From Vezdaea acicularis (Eukaryota), in assembly GCA_026025075.1 (NCBI GenBank), contig JAPEUI010000149.1, positions 1-35,350 of the forward strand: a stretch of DNA of 35,350 nt. The letters run 5' to 3'. Under the pieces are notes generated by a model, which was given only the letters and a program-made list of their open reading frames with translations, had not been told where the DNA came from and did not search any database. Positions 1-11,786 of this stretch are shown here, in pieces. Each line of letters opens with the position of its first letter. Position 1 is the first letter of the stretch. The position numbers and the translations under genes were made by a program.

Positions 1-924
1 AGCTACATTGCGTCACATGGCAGTGGCCCTGCAGTTCCTGCACATACTGCAACTCTGCAACCTACGGCAGATGCTCGGCAGCCCTTGGGGCTACGGGAAC
101 GTTTCTATAAGAGAAGCAGACACGCATCCAGCGCCAAAAGATTCTTCAAAAAAGGCTGGGCAAAAATATCGTCCTTATTTGCATCTAGAGTAAAGGCTCG
201 CGCTAGACCGGAACCGATTGCAAAGGGAATCGAAAATCCGAGTCAGCAGAATCCCAGCACCACTCATGAACCGAATACAAACCAGGTTTTTGCAACGGAA
301 GCCCGTGAAGACCAGCACATCGAGGAAGATCGAAACACAGTCAATCCAGCGCGTGGCATCCCGCCTAGCGTCCCTGAACATCACTCAGCTACTGAGTCTC
401 AACAAAATACAGGCTCTTCTCTTCTTAACCATGACAGCAGCTACCCCCTACCGACAAACGCAACTTCAGACGAATCGCCAGAAAATTCTTGTCTCAACTG
501 CCCTGTGCACTGTCGTTCCCTCAGCACTGGAGCTGTTCCAAGCATACCCCCACCTTTTCAACACAACAGACGGCAACCAGCTGTGGATCTTGAAATTGAA
601 GCGCTTATTGGCACCTCTTCAACCCTTCGACCGCCAGGTGAAGGCTCTCGCTGTAGGGGAAATAGCGATCCGAGCCTGCTCCGTCACATTGGAGCGCTCT
701 TTGGTTCCAGGGAAAGCTCTAGAGTCCGTTCACGGCGTTTAGCGCCCTATCCCTCCGTGGTAGATCCTAGCTTGTCATCGAGGCCTGCTTCAGGTGCATT
801 TCGCTCAAACCATGCTAATCACGCTCTAGCGAATGGGATACAAGTTCCAAGTGCTCATCCTTCTGCCGCGGATCCTGCTGAAGAAGAGGTAAATCAGGAT
901 GGGCTTCCGTCACACGCGGGTTAG
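1..924 (+). CDS. 3' part of a hypothetical, likely disordered S/P/E/N-rich protein (5' end outside window)
   Basis: Frame is open from base 1 (AGC TAC ATT GCG...) to TAG at 922-924. The listed start at 85 is TTG, so the true start is probably upstream. No domain recognised. Confidence 0.55.
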   Translation, partial: SYIASHGSGPAVPAHTATLQPTADARQPLGLRERFYKRSRHASSAKRFFKKGWAKISSLFASRVKARARPEPIAKGIENPSQQNPSTTHEPNTNQVFATEAREDQHIEEDRNTVNPARGIPPSVPEHHSATESQQNTGSSLLNHDSSYPLPTNATSDESPENSCLNCPVHCRSLSTGAVPSIPPPFQHNRRQPAVDLEIEALIGTSSTLRPPGEGSRCRGNSDPSLLRHIGALFGSRESSRVRSRRLAPYPSVVDPSLSSRPASGAFRSNHANHALANGIQVPSAHPSAADPAEEEVNQDGLPSHAG

Positions 925-2453
925 ATTTCTCAAACGAGTTGAACTTGCGGCACTTGCGATAGCTTTCAGTCCTTATGTTTTCCACCGCATCAAACGATCT
1001 CAACACATCGTGAATGCATCAATCAGCACATGAAAAATACTTTCTAGAGTTCATTCGACTTCTAAGACCTCTTGTGCTCTAAGACTTAGAGACGATACGT
1101 GATTATTTCTCTAAACATTATCTCCTAGCCACGGTATGTTTTTGGATCAGCACAGTGTACTTTTATCGACGGCTTCCTTACCATGTTCTTGAGCTTTGAG
1201 CTAGATGTTTGTTTGTTTTTGGGGCTATCCTCTTTGTCTCAGACTTTTCAAGGGACACAGCACTTGATTGGTAAGGCGGAAACGTCCAGATTCCAAGGCG
1301 TTGTCTTCGGTGATTCTCTCAGGGTACGGATCTACCGGCGTTATCCTTTGTATCCCAAGGATTTTGGATTGGTCATGCGGCGTGAAAATGTTGTATTGAA
1401 TTTCATACGTTTTTCTTCCTCTTTTTCACTTTATACTCTCACAATCCTGATAGCAGTATGTTTCATTAGTAGAATTTTGGAGACTTCATTAATTCACACA
1501 GTGGAGCACTGGAAGTCAACGAGTCCTTACGCATTTCACGAGTTACTAGTTGGGCTTTTCCTGCTCGGGCATCAGTCTCTTCCCGTTTATCGATTGTGGA
1601 ATCGGTCCAACCACGAATCTAGAAGTAGTGGAGGACGCCACTCCGGTTCGATTGGTTCCTGCCTGGTTTCTCTCTTCGCTGCAATCGCCCCCTAGGATGC
1701 ACCATTGAACGGAACAGGGCGCATGATTACAACGACCACGAAATTATGGCACTTGCCGTTCGTTCATAGAAAAACGGTTCGCCCAGCATTTTGCCCCGTT
1801 ATTTAAGGCGTCCTTTGTTTGATAAAGACCGGAGGCTTTTCTTTTGCCCCACACTAACGCAGTCTGCAAGGCAACGCCCCTAGTGGCTGCAGCTACCAAA
1901 TTAACCTTGTCCGCTCGTCAGACAGTGCGAGCTACTGGCTCATCATGAGGCTGTGATCAGCCCATTCTAATTGGGTGAGTATCTCAAAGCCACCTCGCGC
2001 GGGCTCGGCCCGTGCAGCAAGACCACATACCGAAAATTAGCCGTAGATAGCTGCTGCTAGCTGAGCCCCAACGGGATCATTTATAAAAGGTAGGGACAAA
2101 AAGCCTCAGTCCAGTCTCGCCTTTTCTTTCCCCATTTCTTTTGTATCCATTACTCTCATGTCTTCGTCAATCTCATGTCCCCGTTCCGCTATTATCAAGG
2201 CGTGCTATGTTCTACGATAGCTTTTCGTGTCTTTTCTATCAGCCTAATGAACTTTCTACCTATGTTGAGCATGAATATTGCCGTACAGTTTTATTCTTCT
2301 CATAGCGCCCCATTTGGCTTATGTCTGTGAAACTTATAAGTAGAGAAGCAAAGGTATGGCCGCATCTTGTACTGAAGGCTGCAGGCACACGCCGTTTTCT
2401 TTACCGATCTAATCTCTAGTGCAATCGCACCAGCTTCTTTCACCAACAACAGA

Positions 2454-2534
2454 GTATGTGGCACAATAAGGCATGCGGCACAATAGGGTATGTGGCACAG
2501 TAGGTGATGTTGAACAATAAGGCATGCGGCACAG
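2454..2534. repeat. Minisatellite, ~17-bp unit x ~5 (G(T/C)ATG(T/C)GGCACAATA(A/G)G)
   Basis: gtatgtggcacaataag / gcatgcggcacaatagg / gtatgtggcacagtagg / tgatgttgaacaataag / gcatgcggcacag. Confidence 0.85.
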
Positions 2535-4000
2535 GTGTCATGTCAGCTGTCAAGTCGGATAGGGCTATTCATGCCTGACTTTTTGAATTCCGTACCTAAT
2601 GTAAGGCTGGCAGAATTCTACGGCGCTTCCCGATGATCAGCATCGCTAGGGTAGACCAGTGAGTTGATCGGCTTCTCACACGACGGACGATCACCCGTCA
2701 GCCTTGCGCGTTTTTCTTCACAACCTATCCTCCTGTCGATCTTTAAGCTGCCTGCAGGCACCAAATATTGCTTTCTCCAAACGATAGCAGGTCCATGTGC
2801 CTAACCGGGGAATTTGGCCTGGGTTGCCCCATCCATCCTAGCGGACAAGCCTAGGGTGCTACTCCATGCGGTTTCCACGTCGGATTTTTCTCTGCGTAGC
2901 CTTTGGCAGCAGACCTGGCAATCATTTGTGGCTTGGGCTTTGCCCAGTTTCTATGTCTTCTATCACCTTCCAAGTCGGGAGAAAAGTTGAGTTGAAAGGT
3001 TAACAAAGAAAATGATAACTGCGCTTTCGCTTTGTACCGCATCTGTGCTGTCAACTCCTTCGCCAGAGTCCCCGCACAGAACTTCATGCTCGACTCTTGG
3101 TGTCAAGAAAAATTTTCATAGTTCGCATCCTAAACATCTAGTTAATTCTATCTGACGAGTCAAAATAATAAAAAGGAAATCGCCGCTGCCGTGGCTATGT
3201 TAAGCTTGTCTTACTCCTTGATGTGATCACCACCTTTGCTTGGACAACTGGAGTAACAGATAGACCAATGGCTCAATGTCACACCAATCCTACCTCGGCG
3301 CACGTATCAGAATATGGCCACTTACAATGTATAAAGCCCTTCTGGCCAAATGTTGTGCCTCTATCCGTCATCGCGAGAGTCTCGAGATCTTCTCAACTTG
3401 AAAGATCTATGTGCACTACCATCTCTTTTCTATACTAGCGACTGTGTGCGAATAATGGCGATTATTCGGCGAAACTATTTTTCCCTTACAATACTCTTAC
3501 AATTCTTCAAAGCACTCTTGTGAGTCGTCTAGGCAAGCACGATCTCTCGGCTCCCACCCCTTTGTCTCGGTCAAGTGGACCATGAAACTCCTTGTTACCC
3601 ACAACCAAACTTCGCAATGCGCAGACAATAATATTAGGGGTCGGCACTTCTGCGAGAAAACTTTCGGATACTTTTCTTTGGGAGGTTCTTGGAGTGTTGG
3701 AGATTCCGTTTACCAAGGAGACCGACTTGGAACGAGGTCTTGAAGTACTTTCATTTGCCGGGAGAATGATGTGTTGGTACCGTACATTGTCCATGATAAT
3801 CCTGAGATGCCTCATGTAGTTCTGAATGACACCCATTCCAGTACCTTCTCGAGTGCCCACACAACGAACAATGCCACCACAGAATCTGATTATGTTGAAT
3901 AGTAACTTCAAAAGGCGATTGCACTCCCTGAAATCTAGATTTCCGAATCTATATCCCTTCGCACCAAACCTGACGGCATATTACCATCCCAAACCCCACC

Positions 4001-5173
4001 ATGCCTTTCTCAAAACACATCCCCACAAGCATCGACACCCTCTCAACAGACGACATCTATGCACTAACCCTGATCCTGCGCCACCCCCCCGACATCACCG
4101 CCGCCGACCTCCCCAAAACAGCCCATCTCCTCATCCCGCGCCTCCCCCCACACCTCCGCCGCCAATCCAGCCCCTTTCCCCTACGCATCTCCCTACTCTC
4201 CCGCAACCTCCCCCAGCCCGTCTGCTCCCTCCTCTGCCCCACCCATAAAGACCTCAACGCGCAGCAAATCCATATGCTATACGCCGCGCTGATGCGCGAG
4301 GTAGGCCCGCAACTCAATACCCTCCAGGGCAACAAAGCGCTCCTCCCGACTACTGCGCAAGCCGCGCTAGAGCACCTGCGCGGCATCAACGCGCTGGTCA
4401 TGTCCGTGGCGGACTATATCAGACTTACACTCGAAAGCCCGCCCGCTGGTCGCGTTTTCCAGGCAGATGGGTGTGAAGCCTGCGTGTTGACTACCGTGGG
4501 CGGGGATGTGCCGGCGCTGGTGGCGCTGAGAGCGACGGTAAGGAGTCGTCGCAGGAAACATAAAAAGAATCCGCAATTCTTGCGCGTCGTGGATGCTTGG
4601 ATTGGACATTTTGGCCCGGAGGAGTTCAGGGATAGAATGTGGCGTGAGAGCGGCGTGGTGAAGAAGATGTTCCGGGGGTTGAGGAGAGAGGCGCAACTTG
4701 AGAGGAGAGGCCAGAGAGAAAGGGATCCTGAGAAGGCCTCGTTGAGTGACGACGAAGGAAAAGAGTTGGCGGAGGAAGATTCAGATAAGGAAAATGACGA
4801 GCGCGATCCGCAAGGCGAGGTCGTAGATGTTTACCTACAGGCACCTAACGGCTTCCGCAACGCGAATGCAGGGCGTGCACGACCTCGATTCCCGGCAAGC
4901 TCTGTTTACTCCCAAATGACCGGGCAGGAACAGTCCCTCCGCAGTAAGGTTTTCTCTCCGCAGGCTGAACAGGAACGTAAGATACAGAGCGAGATCTTGA
5001 GTGTGCTCATGGCGGAAGCTGGTGATCAAGGCGGGGTGTGGGAAGGCCGAGGCGAGATTGCCCCAGAGCATGCGCATGAAGTCCCTCATCCCTTGAGGGC
5101 CAGAAAGATTCCAGACGAGCCACAGATAGGGAAGGTATCTAGACAGACTGTGTGGGAAGAACTCTTTATGTGA
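4001..5173 (+). CDS. Hypothetical protein of a fungal type (390 aa, single exon) with CPxH and CxxC motifs
   Basis: Long ATG-initiated ORF with coding-like third-position bias. Motifs LCPTHKDLN, GCEACVLTTVGGD, LRATVRSRRRK and FLRVVDAWI resemble an uncharacterised Pezizomycotina family. Acidic, disordered C-terminus. Confidence 0.8.
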   Translation: MPFSKHIPTSIDTLSTDDIYALTLILRHPPDITAADLPKTAHLLIPRLPPHLRRQSSPFPLRISLLSRNLPQPVCSLLCPTHKDLNAQQIHMLYAALMREVGPQLNTLQGNKALLPTTAQAALEHLRGINALVMSVADYIRLTLESPPAGRVFQADGCEACVLTTVGGDVPALVALRATVRSRRRKHKKNPQFLRVVDAWIGHFGPEEFRDRMWRESGVVKKMFRGLRREAQLERRGQRERDPEKASLSDDEGKELAEEDSDKENDERDPQGEVVDVYLQAPNGFRNANAGRARPRFPASSVYSQMTGQEQSLRSKVFSPQAEQERKIQSEILSVLMAEAGDQGGVWEGRGEIAPEHAHEVPHPLRARKIPDEPQIGKVSRQTVWEELFM

Positions 5174-5512
5174 TCAGTCCATTAGTTGGAAAAGATCTAT
5201 GAAATTAGAACGGGACTTTCTCTGAGGCGTAGGCTGAAAGCTAAAGCCTTGCGGCAGACTTAGCAGTTTACCACACATTTTCATTTCAATTCCGGTAATT
5301 TGGAAGAAAAAAGACGTTTAGGGCATAGCCAAATAATCGTAGTCAAGACATTTGTGGTGAATTGGACGATTGAGCTTGGAAAAGAGTAGTAGTTGAAAGA
5401 GAAGACGATAACGCAGCAAAGTGTCAGGAATGCTTGATAGCCCAACCCACCCATTACCATTCCGCACCAACACAACGCCATCCATATTCACACATCAAAA
5501 ATTACATAGCCA

Positions 5513-6992
5513 TTAATGGCTGCTTTCCATGCCGAGGACACCACCAGTGCGACCGTGCGCACTGCCGTTAACCCGGTCCGTAAGACTTTTGAGGCTGTTC
5601 GATTGTGACTTCTTTTTAGGTGTCCTTCGCGCCGATAATTGAGCTTCCTTCTCCTCCTCTAACTCCTCTTTCAAGACACTGTCTCCTCCACCTTCGGTGT
5701 CCTGGAGAACCTGCTTTTGCGACTCAAGAGCCTGTTGAACTGCCTTTCCGCTGAGAGTAGACTCCGTATTGGTGATGGACGCTTGCCCATCCATATCAAG
5801 ATCCACTTTACGTTGGGCGGCTTTCTTTGAGCGCTCATAGCGTGCTGAAACATCTCCACCGGTCCACATCGTTCCAAGAAGGCGATCCCAGAAGATTGTG
5901 CATGGCTGGGAGAAGTTGGTCTAGATTAATTAGTACAAAGATTCCGATTCAAATAGACCAGACAGACGAACCTTAATACCCCAGCTCTGATGGTGTACAT
6001 CATGATAGCCAGCGTTGTTAGATGTGATGTATTGAAGGGGATCGAAAGGAAGGGAATATCCACAGTGATCATCAACCGTTTTGATTGTTAAGCAGGTAAA
6101 CAACCACATGCCTTGCCTTGTATTCATACCAGTGACCATGTAGGCAAGCCCGGCGCCACAAGTGTCGAGCAAAAAACCCTCAAAAGGATGGTTGTACAGA
6201 GCACCAAAGGCGTAGGGGACATATAGGCGGTGATGACGAGAGTGGAATTTCTCTAAGCACGACCAAAGAATTAGCAGTTGCTTATTGGATAGCAGGGAGA
6301 GACTCACTGTATAGCCAAAGGTTCATGTGCATTGCTCTATGCAAGAAGTATTGCCAAGTATCTACCACGACAATTGCAAGTAGGAACTGCATGGCGGGCA
6401 CAATATACCAGTAGATGGCTGTGGCTGCAATGATCTCCCATCGAGCAAAAGTAGGGACTAATTGCAAGTTCCCAGGCTGTGAGTAGGAGACTTCCATTTG
6501 CCACGGATACACGCCTCCAGCGAGAAATCCTGAGAATGTTGGGTATGTCTTGTGGATGCTATTCGCGAGAGTATTGGCATCGACACCAAGAAGCCCAAGC
6601 ATTGTAGGGACGACCTTCTGCGCCACTCTAACTCTCCGTGCCCAGACAGATACATTGTAATTATCTTTCCCAAGGAACTCATCTGGCTCCGTCAACCCTA
6701 ATATAAATCCTACAATGGCTTGAATGATCTGCTGGAGAATTACATCTCTGACAACGTCACCTCTCGAAACACGGTTTCGTTTGAGTACTTCAGCCGGAGT
6801 ATGTAGTCTGTACTGTGGAAGATAGTCGTTGACATCAATATAATGGAAAAACAATGAGACAACCCAGTAAGCAAACGTCGGCAGAATGATTACCAGTACT
6901 TTGTCTGATATAGGTCCGAGAAGATTTGGTCGAGGTGTGAGGACGTACGATGGTAGAGGTGGGAGCGGCGCAGATAAGGTGGAGTTAGACAT
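5513..6992 (-). CDS. SUR2: Sphingolipid C4-hydroxylase (sphinganine hydroxylase, fatty-acid hydroxylase superfamily); exons 6992-6308, 6252-5972, 5920-5513
   Basis: Histidine boxes YFLHRAMH, HSRHH and HDVHH, plus LYVPYAFGALYNHP, KTVDDHCGY and TNFSQP...FWD. Introns 6253-6307 (GTGAGT..TAG) and 5921-5971 (GTTCGT..TAG) join the three ORF pieces in frame. Confidence 0.95.
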
Positions 6993-7903
6993 CGAATTGT
7001 TCTTGGGTAGCGTTCCCTAATTATTTGATAGAAGATGAAGACCTAATCTCTACTACGTCCAAACGTTCCGCCTCTCAGGTGATTTTGAGGATTCGACGCT
7101 TTTAGGTAAGTCTCAGGGGCCCGCGCGTTCGTCACCATGAACGGGTTGTCGCAATGAGCGGACGAACAGTCTGCTTTTGCTATACGTGAGAACTCTTTGT
7201 CTGTATAGTGATTAAGGGGACAAATTCCTGCCAATATTCAAAGATACAGAGGAAAGACTTTGTCGGATGGCACGGCGTGAGAGTTGAAAGAACGGGCGAG
7301 CGGCGAAATTCCTTCGGAGATTTCCCCGGCCGCAGCTTCCATGACGCTCGCTAACCAAAGGTCATTCCGGCAATGAAAATCCCGACGCCGACGACCGTGA
7401 AGGATTGAAATTGGGCATGCTTGGGCTTTAGTCAACTTCCAACAAACTAAGAGGACATTAGATTAGATCTCTAGGTATACCGTTCACATTACATAGCTAA
7501 TACCGTTACTACGATCAGCCTATTCTTCAAACAAGCTTTATTCGATCGCTCGACGATGAACTTGACCTTACCACCCATGTTGTGCTCTGGATCTATCGGC
7601 CGGTTGACGGGGCCAAAAACTTCCCCAACATGTTCATTGTTTGGATGGCTTACTGATTTCCTATCTTTCACGCCTGTGATTGACGGTTAGATTCCTCGTG
7701 CACATGTTTAAACGGAAAAATAAAAATACGAGGTCGCCTTAGCGGCCCCGTCGCGAATTGCCCCACCTAAAGTTGGTCCTGCACTTCTTGAATTTTGCAA
7801 CTTGATCCAGAACTCACGCCTTTCCTTTTTGCTGGATCCATTTCTCGAGGTCTGCTTCTAAAGCTTGATTTGCATCTAAGGGAGACTCTTGCGATCAAGC
7901 AAG

Positions 7904-8804
7904 ATGATTATCTACAAGGTATGTTGTTTCAGGAGCGTGCGGCGGTCCGACTCTGCAAACAGATATTTGTGGACATACGTTATAGTTTTTCATTTGTGGC
8001 CGAATGTATTTCACCGACAATGATGAAGTACTTCGCTAATGGTTACTTGATATTAAGGACATTATTACTGGCGATGAGATTATCTCTGATAGTTATGACT
8101 TGAAGGAGGTCGATAGCATTGTTTATGAGGTTGACTGCAAGATGATCACCAAAGGGGGCGAAGAGAACATCAGTAAGCTGCCCTCACTTCACACCCAGAA
8201 GTTCAGGCTCTCAGATCCGCCAACACATTCTACGGCTTTATCCTGACAGAGTATGATTTCAATTAGATATTGGCGCAAATCCTTCGGCCGAAGAACAAGA
8301 GGAGGAGATGGACACCGAAAAGGCCCAAGTCATAGACATTGTTGACGCTTTCCGTCTCCATCTCACCCAATTCGACAAGAAGTCATACCAGACTCACCTT
8401 AAAGGTACGGCTCACTCATATGGCTAAGAATGCTGTCGCATAGCAACTCGAGCGCACCAATTGATGATTATAAAGGATACATGAAGGCTGTGAAGTCGAA
8501 GCTCCAGGAGCAAGACGCACCCGAGGCTCAGGTTCAAGCATTCCAGACTGGTGCCGCAGCGTATGCAAAAAAGATTTTTGGTGACTTTAAAAACTACGAC
8601 TTCTATATTGGAGAGTCGATGGATCCGGACGGCATGTAAGCTAACCATCCTAACACGCTACGTCTTGTCAAGGACGTCGGGGATCAGTTTCGACGGCTAA
8701 TATGTCAACACTCTAATAGGGTTGTACTTATCAATTATCGCCCTGATGGCATCACTCCATACGCGACTATTTGGAAGGACGGTTTGACTGGGATGAAAGT
8801 CTAG
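7904..8804 (+). CDS. TMA19: Translationally controlled tumour protein (TCTP); exons 7904-7918, 8058-8172, 8267-8404, 8476-8635, 8720-8804
   Basis: Spliced product [24 protein letters not shown]...[10 protein letters not shown]...FDKKSY...GYMKAVK...[26 protein letters not shown]...WKDGL carries both TCTP signatures. Four GT-AG introns keep the frame. Confidence 0.97.
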
Positions 8805-9028
8805 AGAATGCAATGCCACGTCATTTGTATTCGTCGGTCTAATACATCTACGATATCCAAGATTGAAACTCTTGCCAGCAAATAAAGCTACACTTTTGAA
8901 GACATGCATGGTAAAGAGACGGACTTCTAGATCCAAAAATACTGCGTATAGACGCCTTGAACAACAAGGAAAAGCTGACTCGATACCGAAGAACGCCATG
9001 ATATGCTATGAGCAACACGCAAGTGATT

Positions 9029-11786
9029 TTAATTACGAGTTCCATACATGACCCAATCTTTTTCTTCATGAGTTCGATTCCACTCACGCCATTGCGTGCC
9101 GTGTGCTCCACCTAATGCTCTCCATTTCTGCCAACGAATCTCGTGGGGCCATTGGTACTGACGAATCTCCTTCGGACTGGGGGAAGCTTTTCCTTGTGAA
9201 GCCTCATCCTTCCACTGCTGCCCAATAGTGCCGTTTGAAGTGGTAGAGTCAGTTAACTTCGTCCTCCTCTCTTCTCTATACCGCCTTACTTCTTCGAGGA
9301 CCTCTTCTTCTGTTGTGAACAGCGGTTCTTCATTGATTTGATCTTCCCACCAATCCGAGAAAGCCGCCTCTTCCTCGTTCTCGTCTTCTTTTGAGCGCTT
9401 TCGACGTTCTCGATCGGCAAGCTCTTGCTCACGTTCTTGAGCGGCTTTTGCACCCTCTGCCGCAAGCTGTGCCACTACGCGACGCTCATGATGAACTATG
9501 GACGGGATAGTAGACAAAAATTCGTCGATCTCGTCTTCCTCTCCATATGAAAGCCTTAACATATCCCGTAGGTATTTATAGCATTCGTTCTTGACATACC
9601 AATCGGTGCCCGCATGTGCTTCTATTTCCCCCTTAGCAAACTCGACCATATTGATACCTTCACTCTTAAGCATATCAATCCACTTGACAAAGCAATCGCT
9701 TGAGATATGACAGAATAACCTATCTGTCGGGGTTTCGCCACGAGCGCATACAGCATGCAGATCGGCCCCTCGTTGAAGGAGAAGACGGGCGCGATCGAGG
9801 GGCGCTTCGCTGAGTGTTTTCCCATCAGCTTCATACCAGCCATCCACGCATTCAGCCACAAAGTGTAGGGCCGTCCAAGTTTTACAGAGCCCGTCTGCCT
9901 CGTCTTGTTCAGTCAGAGAATACATGCGACAGTTCACATCGGCCCCAAGAGATATAAGAGTATCGAGATCCTGAACAGTCGTGGTTGACTTTATGAGGAG
10001 TTTGATTAAAATCGGTTTTCCGTTCGTTTCTCGATGGGATGGATCGAAGTCGAATGGAGTATTGCGAAGAAGCCAGCTAATAACTTCAGGAGTGCCACTG
10101 GACATCAGATCATAGGTGTTCTGACCCCCTGAATTCTCGAGTGAGGGATCTGCACTGCCGTATTCCACTAGCACTCGAACGGTTTCAAGCAGTGAAGTCC
10201 GTTTTACGAACTGGGGTGGAACTCTTTTGTAAGGGTTTTGCTTCATAGACATTTGGATTGGATTACTTTCAATATGATCAGTGCGGGTCTAGAGATGCGG
10301 GACCCAAAGTACTTACCAATTCGACAGATCGAGAGCATTTCCGGATGCACCTTGTATTGCTAAAAACTTGCATAGTTTGGGGTTCCTAGTTTGAGCTGCA
10401 TACTATGACACGAAGTATTAGCATTGAAGCCAGATGAAGGTGATACACTGACACTTACGTGCATCGGTGTCCAACCATCCGGATCAACATCGTGGGGCGT
10501 TGCTTCACCACGCGAGAAAAGTGTCATTATGCCATCGATATTTCCTTTGGAGCAAAACTCGAAGATCAACGCGTCTTCATCGCGGAAATTTTGAGGGCTA
10601 ATGTTGATACCCGATAGCCAGCCGTACGTTTGTGAACGGGTAAAGGAAAAGCTGAACATTTTGCTGAGGAATCTTGGAAACTTCGGGAAGACCATAAAGC
10701 GCTTCTCAACTTCCTGTCGAGAGTTTCTATTGCCTTTGTCGTAAGGGTCCTTATCTTCATCTTGCTCAGTAGCCTCTATGTGGACCAGCCGTGTCTGGTA
10801 ATAGATCCTAGCAATGTAGGCTTCATAGAAGCCTGAATGGCTTTCTACCGTCGTCTTCTTGAATAAGGGAGTTCGTTGAGGCCTTGTCATGGTTTCGTAT
10901 TTATGAGAAGTGAAGGTTTCTGCGCCATTTGACAAGGGACCATCCTTTGAGGTCGCCTTAGCATATGTCACTGAGCTTCCGGAAAGCTCGTGAATAGGCG
11001 CGGGTATCCGCGATCCTTGGGCACTATAAGTTTCAAGTGCGGTTCGCAGGTCATCATCAGAATCAACGCTAGCAAGTGCCCCCTGAAGTGCCAATTGCAT
11101 CAGCTTCTTTGACAGCGCCGCGACCGGCAGACCATTGGAGAGAGCTCGATTGTCCTCGATCGAATTCTGACGCTTGATCTGGTCCTGAACATCATTCAAG
11201 AGAACGTCTACTTTGGACTCGATCGACATGGTCCTCTGGACAGTCGCATAGCTGAGAGACTCGACGCTAGCGACCTCCTGGCGCGCCATGAATAACGCTT
11301 CGCTCAGATCAAGGCTATTCTAACATCAGAACCATGGGAGTAAGGACACAGTCTACGAAGGGCTTACGTTTGCACGTTTCCCAACGTCATCTGGGCTTCG
11401 TTTATCAACGCCTTACATTTCTTGATCTTATCTTTATCACGTACGATTTTAACTGCACTCCATCGCTGCCTTATCTTTCCACCACTGGACGCCGTCTGGA
11501 AGGGCTCCAGCAGCTTTTCTAAACGTTGTATATGACTTTGGAGTGTTTTTAGCGCGTCTTGCACAATGGACTCATTTTGACTCTGAAAGCGTTCAGTTTC
11601 CGCGTTTTGTGCAATCTTAAGAAGCACAGCCTGAATTATTTGCAGTCCTTGTGTTATTTGAGCAACGTCCTCCGGAGCATTCTGCACTTCTTTCCAAAAG
11701 TCGTACAAGCCTTTTATGCCTTGCCCAAGTTGTATCGCCAAAGATGTTATACCACAAACGCTTGCAACGCCGCTGAAAGGGTCCAT
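9029..11786 (-). CDS. HeLo-like/fungal N-terminal domain + ankyrin repeat protein (~865 aa); exons 11786-11368, 11314-10459, 10402-10317, 10265-9029
   Basis: N-terminus MDPFSGVASVCGITSLAIQLGQGIKGLYDFWKEVQNAPEDV is typical of fungal HeLo-like/SesA-type N-terminal domains. Ankyrin motifs: DPDGWTPMHYAA, LISLGADVN, WTALHFVA, LLLQRGADLHA..GETP. Three 51-56 nt introns give a continuous 2598-nt CDS. Confidence 0.85.

Noticed and set aside
1077..1091. Interrupted palindrome CTCTAAG-A-CTTAGAG
   Set aside because: A single 7-bp arm pair is expected by chance in 35 kb; no associated element ends.
1183..1695. 170-aa ATG-initiated hydrophobic ORF
   Set aside because: T-rich composition typical of 3'UTR/intergenic DNA and no recognisable motif; cannot be supported without expression data.
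2851..3911. Short minus-strand ORFs (78 and 134 aa) as a possible spliced gene or pseudogene
   Set aside because: Could not join them with convincing splice sites; no recognisable domain.
8020..8026. C-box-like ATGATGA in TCTP intron 1 (intronic snoRNA?)
   Set aside because: Only ~30 nt from the acceptor with no downstream CTGA D box inside the intron.
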